From assembly GCA_046563655.1 (NCBI GenBank), contig CM102285.1, forward strand, positions 14,012,001-14,076,000: 64,000 nucleotides of DNA, written 5' to 3'. Below, one piece after another: positions 36,463 to 48,800 of the stretch. The translations under genes were made by a program, and so were the position numbers. The DNA is from Yuukianura sp. NJ FZ-2021. Its lineage: Eukaryota. The notes below the pieces were generated by a model, which was given only the letters and a program-made list of their open reading frames with translations, was not told the origin of the DNA and made no database searches. Position 1 is the stretch's first letter. The number at the start of each line of letters is the position of its first letter.

Positions 36463-37436
36463 TTGATTAAAAAGTGACGCTTCTCTCTCGATTCCTAAAA
36501 ACTGTCTGCAAGACGATTATTCACACTTTCAAAAAACGAGATAAATTTATTTTTAGAGATTGCAACTTTGGTCATAATCGCAAAATTTTTTGCAAAAACT
36601 TTTGCAAAACAGTCCGCCGATGTGCCAGTTTCAACAAAAATGTTAGACTGTTGCACTTTTTAGAATTCTAAAGTCAGTTTGCCGCTAATTCACCCGTGAC
36701 GAAACTACTCTAGAGAGGTCACCAAGTTGACCCAGACAGTGGAGGTCAAAGGTCAATCTAGACTTGGTCCAGCAGTGACACTAAGAAATTGTCATGCTGA
36801 AAGTATCAACAGCTTTGGCCGACTGCTCTGGACCAACTGACTGAATACAAGGAGACGCACTCCCCTTTTCACCTCATCTTCCTTCCTTTCTCTTCACTTT
36901 TTGCAGACATAACTAAAACTTCTATTCTGCTCCTTTTTTTTCAAAAAACTCAAAAAAACTTAAATCTTTTCTTGAAAAAGTGGTTTTCATAATAAAAATC
37001 TCAATCATTTCCCTTGTTATTTCCTCCAAAGACTTTGTCTTCCTTTTTCAAGAGACAAAAGAAAAACAAAAAGTTTTTAACAGGAAATCCACAAAATGAA
37101 AAACCACTCGTGAGCTAACGACTGAAAAACTTTCCCCATCGAACAAAACTTTTTCACTTTCACTTTTTTCGAAACGACCTCAGACAACCCTTCAGGCTCA
37201 CAATTTTCTCAATTTTTACCAAAAAAGTAAAAAATATGCTGGAATCCGAGCACAAAGTCCAAGGCATGACACATTTTATTTAGCCACGACTGGATAACTT
37301 CTGGAATGTGTCAATTGAGATTCCTGTAACATAGTAAAAATGTACGTTTACGCTTAAAATTGATCCAGTATTGCCAAGAAATGTATTGATTTTGCTGGAA
37401 CTTGAAGTTTGACCTAAGTCAAAGTTTTTGACCTGG

Positions 37437-40427
37437 TCAAGCCTTTTGGTATTTGTGGTTGAGGGGGTCGATAGTCCAGAGTTGACGAGGAGATGATTTG
37501 CAGCGTTGCAGTGAAATTCCAGCATCATCTGAATCCACTGTGAGGCACTTTTGACTACTTGTGCTGACAAGTTGACCTTGACCTTGACCGTTGGGGTCAA
37601 ACGTCCAAGTATCGGCTGGAAGTGAAGCGTCACAAGAGATCATGTCAATTGTATCACTTCCGAACTTGATACTGGCACATTCTGACTCTCTCCGAAGTTG
37701 TCCATCATTACTCAGGAAAAACATCTAAAAAATCAAAAAGCAAAAACAAAAGTTATTTTTTCGGAATTCGGAAACGTAAGGCTAAAATTAAAATTACATA
37801 AAATCTGAAACAGTAGAAGCCAATACTAAATTCCGCAAACAAGTTCAGAACCTGCTTGTTCTGATTGATTGATTAGATTCTAAACACCATTACTAGCAAG
37901 TCTAGTAACACAAAAAGTATTGGCAAGTATTTTCGTTGATGCGGAACAATAAACAGACAGTGAAGAAAAACGGTGTAGATCAAGTTAATGTTGTGATAAA
38001 GAATTCGACACGACATTGGAAAAACGCCTTGCGTGCGTCAATCTTTTAGAGTCTAAGCGTTTAGCGAGAATTTTTTTTATCACGTTATTTTTGGCATCTT
38101 GAAGACTTTATCCTATTCACAGCTCTACATTTTTTAACTTACGCTTTGGAATTCCTTCAGTTTTTTTTTCTGTGAATTTATGCAATTTTTTCTGGTTTCA
38201 AAACTTAAACAAAACTAAAGTAAAATAATTTGAAACAAACCTGCGATGGAAAAAGTTCTGGATGACAAGGGTAGACAGCGAGTTGATAAGTTTCTGATGA
38301 AGTGTGGGCCATGTTGTCCAAGCAGCGATTCGTCGCATTGTTCTTGACCTGACCGTAGTACTTGGATCCATACCAAAGACGAAACTTTTCACGGTAAATA
38401 TTTTCCAAGTACCATTGAAAACTTTTGCACTTGAGCCGTTCACGGAAAGCAACTCGTTTACTAACACTTCCGAAGCTGGATCTCTGTAAAACAAAGAAAA
38501 AGTTCCAAATTATGAAAATTTTGATGAGTTTTTATAGTTTTATGACTTCCGTCGACATTGAAAGTGGTGATTAATTAACTGAAGATGAGTTTACCCTGAG
38601 TTCTTGTCTATGCAGATAGAAAATTTCTTTGTACTCGTCCATCCACACTTCAACGAGTCTCGCAGTATTTAGGCCATGCGAATCCACATTTCCGGGGAAC
38701 GTGTAAGGATGGAAACTGAAAACCAAAAAAAGTTTTCATTTCGAAATTTTGTGTTTCAGAAATCATATCGGTCATTCACCTTCGAAAAATGTGGCCCACC
38801 CTGGAGCACGGAACGATTTCGATTGAGCCGCCACACTGCCAAACCTGTAATTATTTCCAAAATTTTGAAATCAAGAAATTAGGAACTATTAATTAAAAAA
38901 GTTTTTAGTAAGAAACTTTATTTCATTTCTTACCCTGAAGGACATTTCCAGATTCTCTCCACCCCAAAGTTGCTTTTGAAAATGGTAATAAAAACTGGGC
39001 GTTAATTAAATTTAAAGTCAATTGATTAGTGGTTATTGGACTCTCTAATTTACCATATCAGAATCATAGGATCCGATTTCCCAAAAGTACTTTCTGTCTA
39101 TAGCAAAGAGTCCTCCGGCCATTGTTGGACTTCTGGTGGGATCATGATGGTTTTTCTTTCGATCTTGTTCGTACTTTGGGATATTGATCCAAGTGAAGTG
39201 GCCACTCCATGTAAATCCACCAATTTGAAAAAAGTTTCCGTTTCCGTGAGCGTACTCCAAAGTTTTGTCTTCTATAACGTCAATGATTGGACACACGACG
39301 GCTGTCCTTTCTTCTTTAATCCGCTGCAAAAGTGGTTCCAGCCTTAAGAAAAAAGAACACATTAGTTCTGTGAGAGCATTTCAAATTCCAGTTTAACATA
39401 TCTGACTATTAGATAGAAGTTATGTTAAAAGTATGAAAAAATTGGCAAATGACAAGTTAGTATGACAGTTACCATTTTTGGACAGGTTCGACATGAGCAT
39501 CCAGGAAGACTAGAACGTCGCCAATGGCAACATGAGCACCAATCAGTCTAGCTCTGATGAGACCCGCTCTCTGCTTAAATCGAAGAAGACGAATTAGTCC
39601 TGGCGCGAAGTGAGTAGCTATATATCGTTCCAGTTTCCCTTTCAGGTCTCTTCTAGAACTAAAATCATCGACGAGAATGATTTCTTTGAGGATATGCTTG
39701 GGTGTCCGGTTGACAGTACTATGTAGAGTCCGGATAAGAGTTGAGTAGGCTTCATCAGTAAAAATTATCACAATACTTGCAGAGGGAAGATCATGATCAT
39801 ATGTTAGTCCCCGACAACTGCAAAATCACAACACTTTTACATCTAATAGTGCCAAATTAGTAATTAAGATTAAGAGTTTTGTTACCTAGATTCTCTGACT
39901 TCCGGTACAGATCTATTTGGAGAAATCATGTCACTGAGGAGTCTATTGAACGCCTCCTTTTTCATAATTTCATCAGCAACGGCTGTTTGGAAATCAGGCA
40001 CTTTGGCAGCATTTCCTTTTTCACCGAGTCCAGCGATTAGGCTGTTCCCGTCTTCTCTTATTTCGTCATCGTAGTCATCTGTTGGCAGAACGTCGAGTCC
40101 TTTACTTTGTATATCTACTTCAATATATTTGTAATTCTGGAGCACTGGTAACAGGAACTCGTCCATGTTTTCCTTTTCTGCTATTAGTCTTAATCTTCTA
40201 TAATTCGTTTCTTCTGGAGTCTCTTCCCTCTGTACTACTGGAACAACAAATGGAATGTCAGCTTTTTCGTAACTTCTAAACGGAAGTGACTGTGGTTGAA
40301 CAGTAGTTTCTTTGGAGTTCCGCCACCACATGGTCCAGAAACCAACGCAGATCATTGTTAAGAGGAGGCTCTTTAAAAGGAAAGTTCGTTTGCGAGGAGA
40401 TGACATGTTGAAGAATCCACGAACCAT
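37437..40427 (-). CDS. Polypeptide N-acetylgalactosaminyltransferase (GT27, type II membrane, ricin lectin domain), ~8 coding exons
   Basis: N-terminal TM; FNRLLSDMISPNRSVPEVR, LPSASIVIIFTDEAYSTLIRT, EIILVDDFS, GLIRARL, FLDAH, PTMAGGLFAI, WGGENLEMSFR, GHIFRSFHPYTFP, VWMDEYK; ricin-type CLD/CLT repeats. The start could instead be the ATG at 40406. Confidence 0.95.
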
Positions 40428-41517
40428 TGTAGGGAATAACCGGTATGTAGTGATTCAGCATCCAGGTACAGTAGTTCCAGTAGGAATTGAACTTGAGCAG
40501 ATGGAACTAGTTGGCTACTGGATTTATTAGAAGACAGCATCGACAAAATCCAAGACACTTGATTGACACAAGACTTCTTCGGACCTGTAATTAAAAAGAT
40601 GCAAAATTCAGAAAATTTTGAAAAATCAATTGCCAGAATTCGGCGGCTTTTAACTTTGTTTCTTGCATAAACTAGTATAGATCAGTTACTAACTTCAAAT
40701 CGTGCTTACGCGTAACGAACTACATGAATAATTCGGGTAAACGAAATGACGTGGTTAATTCACCGGATGCTATGAAAATTTCAGCAAATATAAAAATGGC
40801 CTTGCTCACTCGTGCTGCTCCACGCAGTTAGACTTTTGCATACCGAAGGTGGGCAATCGACCTCATTAAATGAATTCAGGTTGCTTTGTGGTAATACCCT
40901 ATTGTCAATTCTGACTAACCTAATTCAGGCAACTTTCTAGCACAACACATCAACTTGCAGCTAATAACCTTGGAATTCTGAAGAGAAATTCAATTGATAT
41001 TTTGCACAAATCTTTGCTCCATGTCGCTGTTCTTGTCCCATATGGCTCAAGTCCAAGTCCAAGTCCAGCGTTCCCATACCATAACAAACAATACATTTCG
41101 ACCATAAAGAAAGTACTCAATAGCGATTACCACTCTAGTACTGGTATTAGAATAAATTAATCGTAAGTTAATTAAAGAACTTTTCCTTCATTCATACCAC
41201 ATCCGTCGCTTCATTATTTGTTAACATTAGTTAAAAATAGACGTGTATTATGAGAAATTACCTTCTTTGTTCCGCTTGATAAATGTCGATTAACAGATGA
41301 AAGAAGATGATGATCTTTTGAGGATCCTTTTCCTTGTCAATTCCTTGTTAACTTCACCTGTTAAAAGAGGGGTGCAAAAAGTGACGATGATGTTGATGCT
41401 TGATGATGATGAATTTTAATTTTTATACCACCACCGCAACCGCTGCGAAAGCTGGCGTAGTAATGTCATTATCCTTTGTGTGTTGTGTCAGATTCAGATC
41501 AATTATCTGGTAGATAT

Positions 41518-42211
41518 GGTTGGAATGGACCAACTTTAACGCAGTCGAAAATTTTCTAAGTTTTTTGGGCAAAATTTTCGAAAAAATTTTTTTTCGTTTT
41601 TTTCACATTTCATGAGGTTTCAAACGTTTTTGGAACGTTTGGAGCAAAAAAAATTTTTTGACCCCAAGGGTCCCCCCTTCCCATTTTTTTCAAAATCTTG
41701 ACTCAAAATTTTTCTAAGTCCAAGAGGTCAAGTTGGTACCCCTGACGACCTCAAAAATGACCCCTATGAAAGTTGTTCAGAATCATGAGGGGAATATTTT
41801 TTGTCCTATGGACTATGCCCCTACGGTCACTCCCTGAGGTCAGAGGTCATCCCAAACATTTCCCACACTTTTTCTTCGGGTTGACCTCTGACCTCAGGGA
41901 GTGACCGTAGGGGCATAGTCCATAGGACAAAAAATATTCCCCTCATGATTCTGAACAACTTTCATAGGGGTCATTTTTGAGGTCGTCAGGGGTACCAACT
42001 TGACCTCTTGGACTTAGAAAAATTTTGAGTCAAGATTTTGAAAAAAATGGGAAGGGGGGACCCTTGGGGTCAAAAATTTTTTTTTGCTCCAAACGTTCCA
42101 AAAACGTTTGAAACCTCATGAAATGTGAAAAAAACGAAAAAAAATTTTTTCGAAAATTTTGCCCAAAAAACAGAAAATTTTCGACTGCGTTAAAGTTGGT
42201 CCATTCCACCC
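41518..42211. mobile_element. 694-bp foldback / Mutator-like MITE with 9-bp TSD
   Basis: Arms ~41518-41849 and ~41882-42211 are almost exact reverse complements around a ~32-bp spacer. GGTAGATAT is duplicated at 41509-41517 and 42212-42220. Confidence 0.92.
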
Positions 42212-42792
42212 GGTAGATATAGCTTGAATTCACCCCGTCTAAACTAATCACCTTTATATAAAAACTAAGTCAAATTGTAGTACAAGCATGTCAAAGTTCA
42301 AGAGAGATCAAGTTGTCAGCTGATGGAAGTCAACACAAACACTTCTCATCTCAAGATGAGAAAAGAAAGAGAAAAAGAGAAGAAAACGTGGCACTTGGTT
42401 TTGTGTCATCTTCTTCCTTGTGGTCCACAAAAGGAAAAAGATGAGAGCGGCCAATCTGCTGCTCTTTTAATCAATCAAACAACGTATCGTTAACCATTAA
42501 TTCGAAAGTTCAAGCACCAATTGCTTGAACACTCTAACAAACGTGTGAATCTCACGCCGTGTGATTCACGCCAAGAAAATATTTGTTTACTTAAAAACAC
42601 AAAAGCGAAACTTACTGTTCAAAGCCGCCATATTTGGGAGACAAAGAACTTAAGGATTCCTTGAAATTTGAAATCTCGCGCTTGATACTCCGGCAGGGTG
42701 GCACGCACCACTTAGTCGAAATCCTTTAATTGATTTATTAATTAAGATTTTAAGCTTAACGAGACTACTTTAGCACTTGATTCCGGATTTTT

Positions 42793-45126
42793 TCATGAAA
42801 GTGGCCAAGTCTCCGGGATCAGTAGCGCAGACACCGTCATCTGACGACTGAAGGAGATCTTTGACTCCGCCAGCTTTCTCGTAGTCCCTCCAGTAAGCGT
42901 CTTCTGTTCCTTTCCAGCCGGGTTTGTCCTGCGGTGGTCCAAGAAGTATCGAGTCTGGTCTAAAATTAACAAAAGATTCAACTCAATCAATCGATTACTT
43001 GCTAAATTCGTGTAAGAAGTGGACTAATTCAACCGATTTGTGAATACTCCTTACGTGTCTGTGTCAACTTCAAACGGTCGGTCCATTCTGTAGTGGAAAA
43101 CGGACATTTTTGCAGCCGCTTGAGCACAGAAATCGATATTCCGCATGGTCCACTTGACATCTCCCACTCCAGCTAAATTGTTCCAGAAACTTGGATTCTT
43201 CAGTTCAACTACACAGTACCTAAAAAACAAAATTAGAAAAGCGCAAAGGAATTTGGAACTAATAAGAAAAGTTTTGTGCAGGTCAAGGGTCAGAGATCAA
43301 GACTTATTAAAACGTACCATCTTTCTTCAATTTCTTCGACAGAAAAAATTCTTCCAACATGTTCCACCAGCATGTCCAAGTCATAAGGAAAGTTTCGAAA
43401 TTCTTCATAACAAAAACTATGAGCAAAGTCTAGGGCTGCCCAAACCGCTTCAATAAAAATGTCCAATTGTCCAAACCGATAAGACTTCGGTTCGACACGA
43501 TACTTGAGACGTCTCGGCTCTCTGCCCGTTGGAGTGTACTCGATAATTTCAATCTAAGAACAAAAGAAATTCATTAAAAAAGTTTACTCGGTCGACGTAA
43601 GGATTAACGACCGTCGTTGTACCCATTCCAGCCAGCTTTGGTGGTTACAATACGCTGCTACGTACCACTTGTTTGCAAGGGGTTGTCACCATGTTGGTAG
43701 CAACCCCTTGCAAAATAAGGTGGCAACATTTGCCAAGGAAGGTGGCGACCCCTTGCCGACGAAGGTGGCAACCCTTGCTAACGCTTTACTTGGTAGCCAG
43801 GGGTTAGAAAGAGGTAGCATGGGGTTGCCACCGCGAGGTTAAAGTGACTTTTTTAGCCATTTTAATCTTACATAGTTTAAAGTGGCAACAAGTTGCCACA
43901 AAGTGGCTACACGGTGATGTTACAATGAACGTCGTTAAACCTTAATCCAACCGTTCAGTGTAATTAACTTTTTGCAACTTACTTTTGCTTTTGAAGCACA
44001 CTTGAGTCCAGTAGGTTTCAATTTTCCTGGAAAGTTTTCCAGACACTCGGTGAGTCTTTGTTCAATAGACACGAATGCCGTAGGTGACACTTCCAGAACT
44101 GGGCCTTTGTTGGTAGTAAAATGGAGGTACTTAAGGGCTTCAAGGGCTAGGAGCATGAAATCTGGTTTGACAAATGATTGTGCACAGTGTTTCATGAGTA
44201 CAAGGGCACAGAGTTCCAGAAGTTGGTGGATTCGGTTGTTGGGCAGTTTGGCTTCCGAATCTTGTCCGAATATGAGATAGTCAAAGAGGGCTTCTGAAAT
44301 GTTCAATTGCCGTTCCAATGCGTCCAGTGGACAGGATGTGTTTGCATAAGTGTACTGGGGCATTTCGTCGTCAGATTTGTACAAGTTCCAAGGTTCAACT
44401 GTGTCGAAACACTCTTCAATACAGGATGGATCATCTACAAGTCGGACAAAAAAATTAAAAGTTTTCAAAATTTTGACGAATTCAAAAAAAACATAGTTAT
44501 ATCCGTGGAATTAATGTGTAAAAACTTACTAATTGGATCAAAACCGCTATTGTCATCTTCGGGTTTTTTGTCGCCAAACTCCAATTTTTGAATCTAAAAT
44601 TTTTAGTAACACACAAAAAGTGAGATTACGAAAAATTGCAATTTTGAAATTGAAAATATGAAAATTATGTAACTTTTATTAGTATGAAATCTAACCTTGG
44701 TTGCCTCCATTCTGGTTTTTGGAGTCATTGGAGTTTTGTCGGCGCTGCAAATGTCGGTGCTGTAAGTGGGCCTAAAAAGAAGTTCCAAGAAAATCATAAA
44801 AAATTTTTTCAAAATTTTATAACTTTTTTTTTGTGATTTAAAAAAAAATGCTTACGCTGCAGATTTGTCCTCCGGAGCGTAGAACATGCAGCTCGAAGTG
44901 ACAGGCTTCTTGAAAAACACTCCGTAGGGACACTCCTTCCGGTCAACTGAAAATTCAAAATCCACATTCTTCAAAATTCTGAACCAAATTTTTCAAAATT
45001 TATAAAATCTCGAATTATGTTACCTTTCTGTGGCCCTCTGTGACAAAACCTCACTTCGCAACAAATTTCCACAGATACCAAAACTAGAACTAAAAATCTC
45101 AAGACAAGCGCCACTACAGGATCCAT
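42793..45126 (-). CDS. Uncharacterised, probably secreted Cys-containing protein (~8 exons)
   Basis: Signal-peptide-like MDPVVALVLRFLVLVLVSVEICC. Phase-compatible GT-AG exons near 45126-45024, 44947-44856, 44771-44696, 44592-44529, 44442-43983, 43553-43317, 43219-43055 and 42960-42793. No domain recognised. Confidence 0.65.
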
Positions 45127-45380
45127 TTTTTTTCGTATCGTAAACTTTTTCAAAATTTTGAAACTTTTCAAAATCTGCTGAGCCAAGTGCTCAGGTCAGG
45201 AGAGACATTTACTTCCTGGTCCATCGAAGACAATAAAATTTGACGAGGAAACATTTTACGAACTCTAAACACTTTCCACCTCATCAAATTTTATGGCCTT
45301 CGATTCACACAAAACCAATTCCAGAAACCAGGCCATAAAAGCTGAAGATCCACGTACTTGACACACTATCTCCATCGCTT

Positions 45381-45450
45381 GGCCAATCACAATCGCTGAT
45401 TCAGTCGAACAGCCAATCAGAATCAGCGATTCAGCCAAGTAGCCAATCAG
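45381..45450. promoter_or_regulatory. Three CCAAT-box consensus sites in a 30-bp tandem repeat
   Basis: (G/A)GCCAATCA with CCAAT at 45383, 45413 and 45443. Confidence 0.45.
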
Positions 45451-45846
45451 CGTCCTCCAATCCTCCAAATGACAAAACCGAACAAGTCTGTTAATAAAAT
45501 CAGTCCATAATATATATTTCTCCATTTTTGTTCTGAAATGAGTGTTTTTGGAGAACTGTTTTTAGAATAATAAGAAACACATTTTCTGTGAGTGAACTTT
45601 TGATCACAGCAGAAAAAAGCAAAGACTCGATAGAAAGAAATTCAAGTTCAAAGTCCAGCTTTAAATGAACATTCTAAGCGTCTGAGCTTAACTTCACTTC
45701 TTCCGTTGACGACGCAGCTCCCTTAAGGGTCACGGTCACAGTGTCACCGTCGCCGGAAGTGTGGAAAGCAGGTATTGGATAAGAACGTGGTTTTGGGGGC
45801 GGGGCTTGAGACGAAGTTATAAGTAGAATAAGAAACTGTGCTGAGT

Positions 45847-48800
45847 TTATGTCGGTGGATTTGTGAGCCGTGTTTTCTGGTACTTGATTGGTGATTGGAT
45901 GGCTCTGAGGAAGTCCTTCTGTGTCTGCAGAATCAGTTGCAGATTATGGATCCACTCTTGTCTCTTTTCGGCCGACGGAGCTTGACATACGTAGGACACA
46001 CTCGGATTCTTTGGATCCGTTGACGTTAAAATGAACTTCAGTGGGTCATCGTCATCCACTTTTTCTGAAAGACTCATCTTATTCACCTGTAAACCAAATC
46101 CAAACAGTTGCTTTTTCAATATCTTTTCCAAATTCAATTCTCCCTAACTCTCTTTTCGAATTTAAAAAATGTCATGTTTTCTTACCTGTATATGAGCCTT
46201 GTAGATGTAGCCCTTCCCTGAAAACATGAAAAACGGAAATCAGTAACTTCTGAGTTTTAGAATATGCCAATTTTCAGCATTTCAGTATTTTGTAATATGC
46301 TTACCGGCAGAGTAGATGGGATTGGAAAATTGAGTTTTCTTTCCTACTGGTTCGGAAAAAATAATATTTTGTTCAAAAAAGAATACTTGGTGGTCTTTGC
46401 CTTTGAATCCAACGGCAGACGACCCCTCTGCACACGTTAGGCCTCCGAACATGACTAGTTTCCCTTGGGCTGTAATCTTCCCCTGAAATTATCAAAAACG
46501 TTTTACAAACATTCACAAAAATCGCCATTTTTCAAAGTTTTTCTCATTTTCACAACTCACATCAAAGCCTTGAAGTCTTCCGACGTTCATCATGTCATTG
46601 GCCTCTGAAAAATCAAAACAGTTGAGTAAGCAATCAGTTAAAATTCGAGTTTATCAATTCAGAAAATTCGACTTCATGAATTCGAAAAAATCGAGTTTTT
46701 ATCGCAATCGCAAGTTTACCTTTCGGTACGACATGCATGACGGCGACAGCTTGACGAATTCTAAGAATTTCTTGTTCCTTCCCTATTCGTTCAGTGTACT
46801 TTTGGATATCTTTGAGGAGCAGTTGATATTTCATGATCCGCTGGACAGGTTTGATGAGCAAATCACACAGGGTCAACTTGTGACCCAACTTTTGACGAAT
46901 ATCCTGTGAGAAAGATATGGAGCAAACTTTAAGAATTGAATTTTTATCAAACAACTGACTAACTTTTTTTCAACTGACCTCAAAATAGGTGTCGATGTGT
47001 TCTGAAACAATGAATTCTGACATGGGTTTGTTTTGGCAGTAAACAACGTACTGGAAAAAAAGACAAAGATAATTTTATAATTCCTGTTTAGTATAATAAT
47101 TAATAACTAATTAACTACTTAATTAATTAGTTGAGTGTTTATTTATTTACTTACCATATGAAGCTTCCTTTCGTATTTTTTGAACAAAAGACCTAAATCT
47201 TCTACTCCAGTTTCCAAGCACTTCTCTAGGCCTTTGAGGAAGACACTGATCAAAACAAGACACAAAAATTCAAAAAAAGTGCAACATTTCAAAAATTTTC
47301 AGTTTTCAAAGTTCCAAGTTTCGAATCCAACTCACTCGCGATGCCATTCGTAAATGACCTCGAGATTTCCAAAAATAATTTTGTCCCTTCCTCCACGGAG
47401 ATCCTCTGAAATTCACCAAATCATTTCAACTACTTCAAAATATCCGCAATTTCAGCACTCAAAATTTCAAAATTCACCTGGCATCGGAATTTCGTCGTTC
47501 CTCAAGGCTCCAAGGTAGCCTTCGACAACTTCTCCGAGGTCACGGACATAGTCACGCTCCGTGTCCACGAGTTCCTGGATGACATAGGACCGTTTCCTGT
47601 CTGCCACAGCCAGAGGATCATCCGTCACTCCCACACATTCTTCCGGCGTCTCTGGAACTGTACTGTCTCCCACTGCCTCTCCGAGCACAAGTTCCGACAA
47701 ACTCCGAGTCAGCGGTCCAAGGACGCCGTCTCGATCTGAATGTTCAGCCTACACAAAAAAAACACCTCAATATTTTCAATTTCAATTTATACAGAAGCTT
47801 CCTGTTGAAACTTTTCAAAACCGACGAATCTCAGCACTTTCATTTTCAAAATTTTGAAAACGGCATCTGCCTTTACCATTCTCTCTCGAACAATTTCTTC
47901 CAATTCCGTCGCCAACTGAGCAGTAGACGACGGTTGCTTCTCTCCAGGAATCTAAACCAACAAAAAACATCATATTGCGGACATCTTCTAGCACTTTCGT
48001 TTAAAAGTGTCAAGGTCAAAGGTCATGAACACTCACAGGCTCTGGTTCGACAGGATTCGGCAGGGCAATTGGGGCCATTGGTGGTGGGACTACTGGGACT
48101 TCCTCATCTTCTGCTTCACCCTGGGATACTTTGTTTCCCATTTTCGCACTGGATTGTCCCTGTAACCAAAAAAACAGACAAATCAAACATCGCAAGACAA
48201 TCCGAAAAAAAAAACAGAAAAAGAAAATTGATTTTGGTTTCCACAAAACCAAAAAACAGCAATTTCATGTCTGTTATTCCCAAATCAAATTAGAAATTCG
48301 TTTTCAGAAAGTCTTTACTTTCGGCGTCACTTTGTGCTCATCTAGCAAAGTTCCTTTGCTGTTATGTCGCCGCCATGGACGTAACAGTTTCTTCATTTTC
48401 AATTTTCTTGCGCCTTACTTTTTCACTTTTTGAAAAAAACAATTTCAAAAACTGCCCTAATTAACACAAAATTTCACAACTTTTGTGTTTTATCCTCAAA
48501 CTTGAAATAAAAATAAGCTTCCAGCAAAAGGTATTTGGCCAGGAAAATACACGGGAAAAAATTGTCGTGGTTTTTCAACCACTTCCTTTCTGTTCCAGTT
48601 TTTTCAAAATAATAACTGTAACACTTCAAAAACACTTCGGCTTTCGAAATTCCAAATTGCAACTGCACCAAAAATTCCTTTGTTTCCAAAATTCTTTCAA
48701 GATTGCAACTTCACACCCAAAATTCTCTTCTTTCGTCGTTCCCAAAATTCTGTTTCGAAATCTGCACACAACTAATTTCTGTCTTGTTTCAAATTTGTCA

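Noticed and set aside
42030..42251. 73-aa ORF as a transposase fragment of the foldback element
   Set aside because: Low-complexity Phe/Lys-rich translation of the TIR with no transposase motif.
45674..45850. Open frame overlapping the Trio stop in the -1 frame (possible frameshift or extension)
   Set aside because: No slippery site or clear splice sites; Trio already ends shortly after the conserved QSPI.YQ motif, so this is probably chance 3' UTR sequence.
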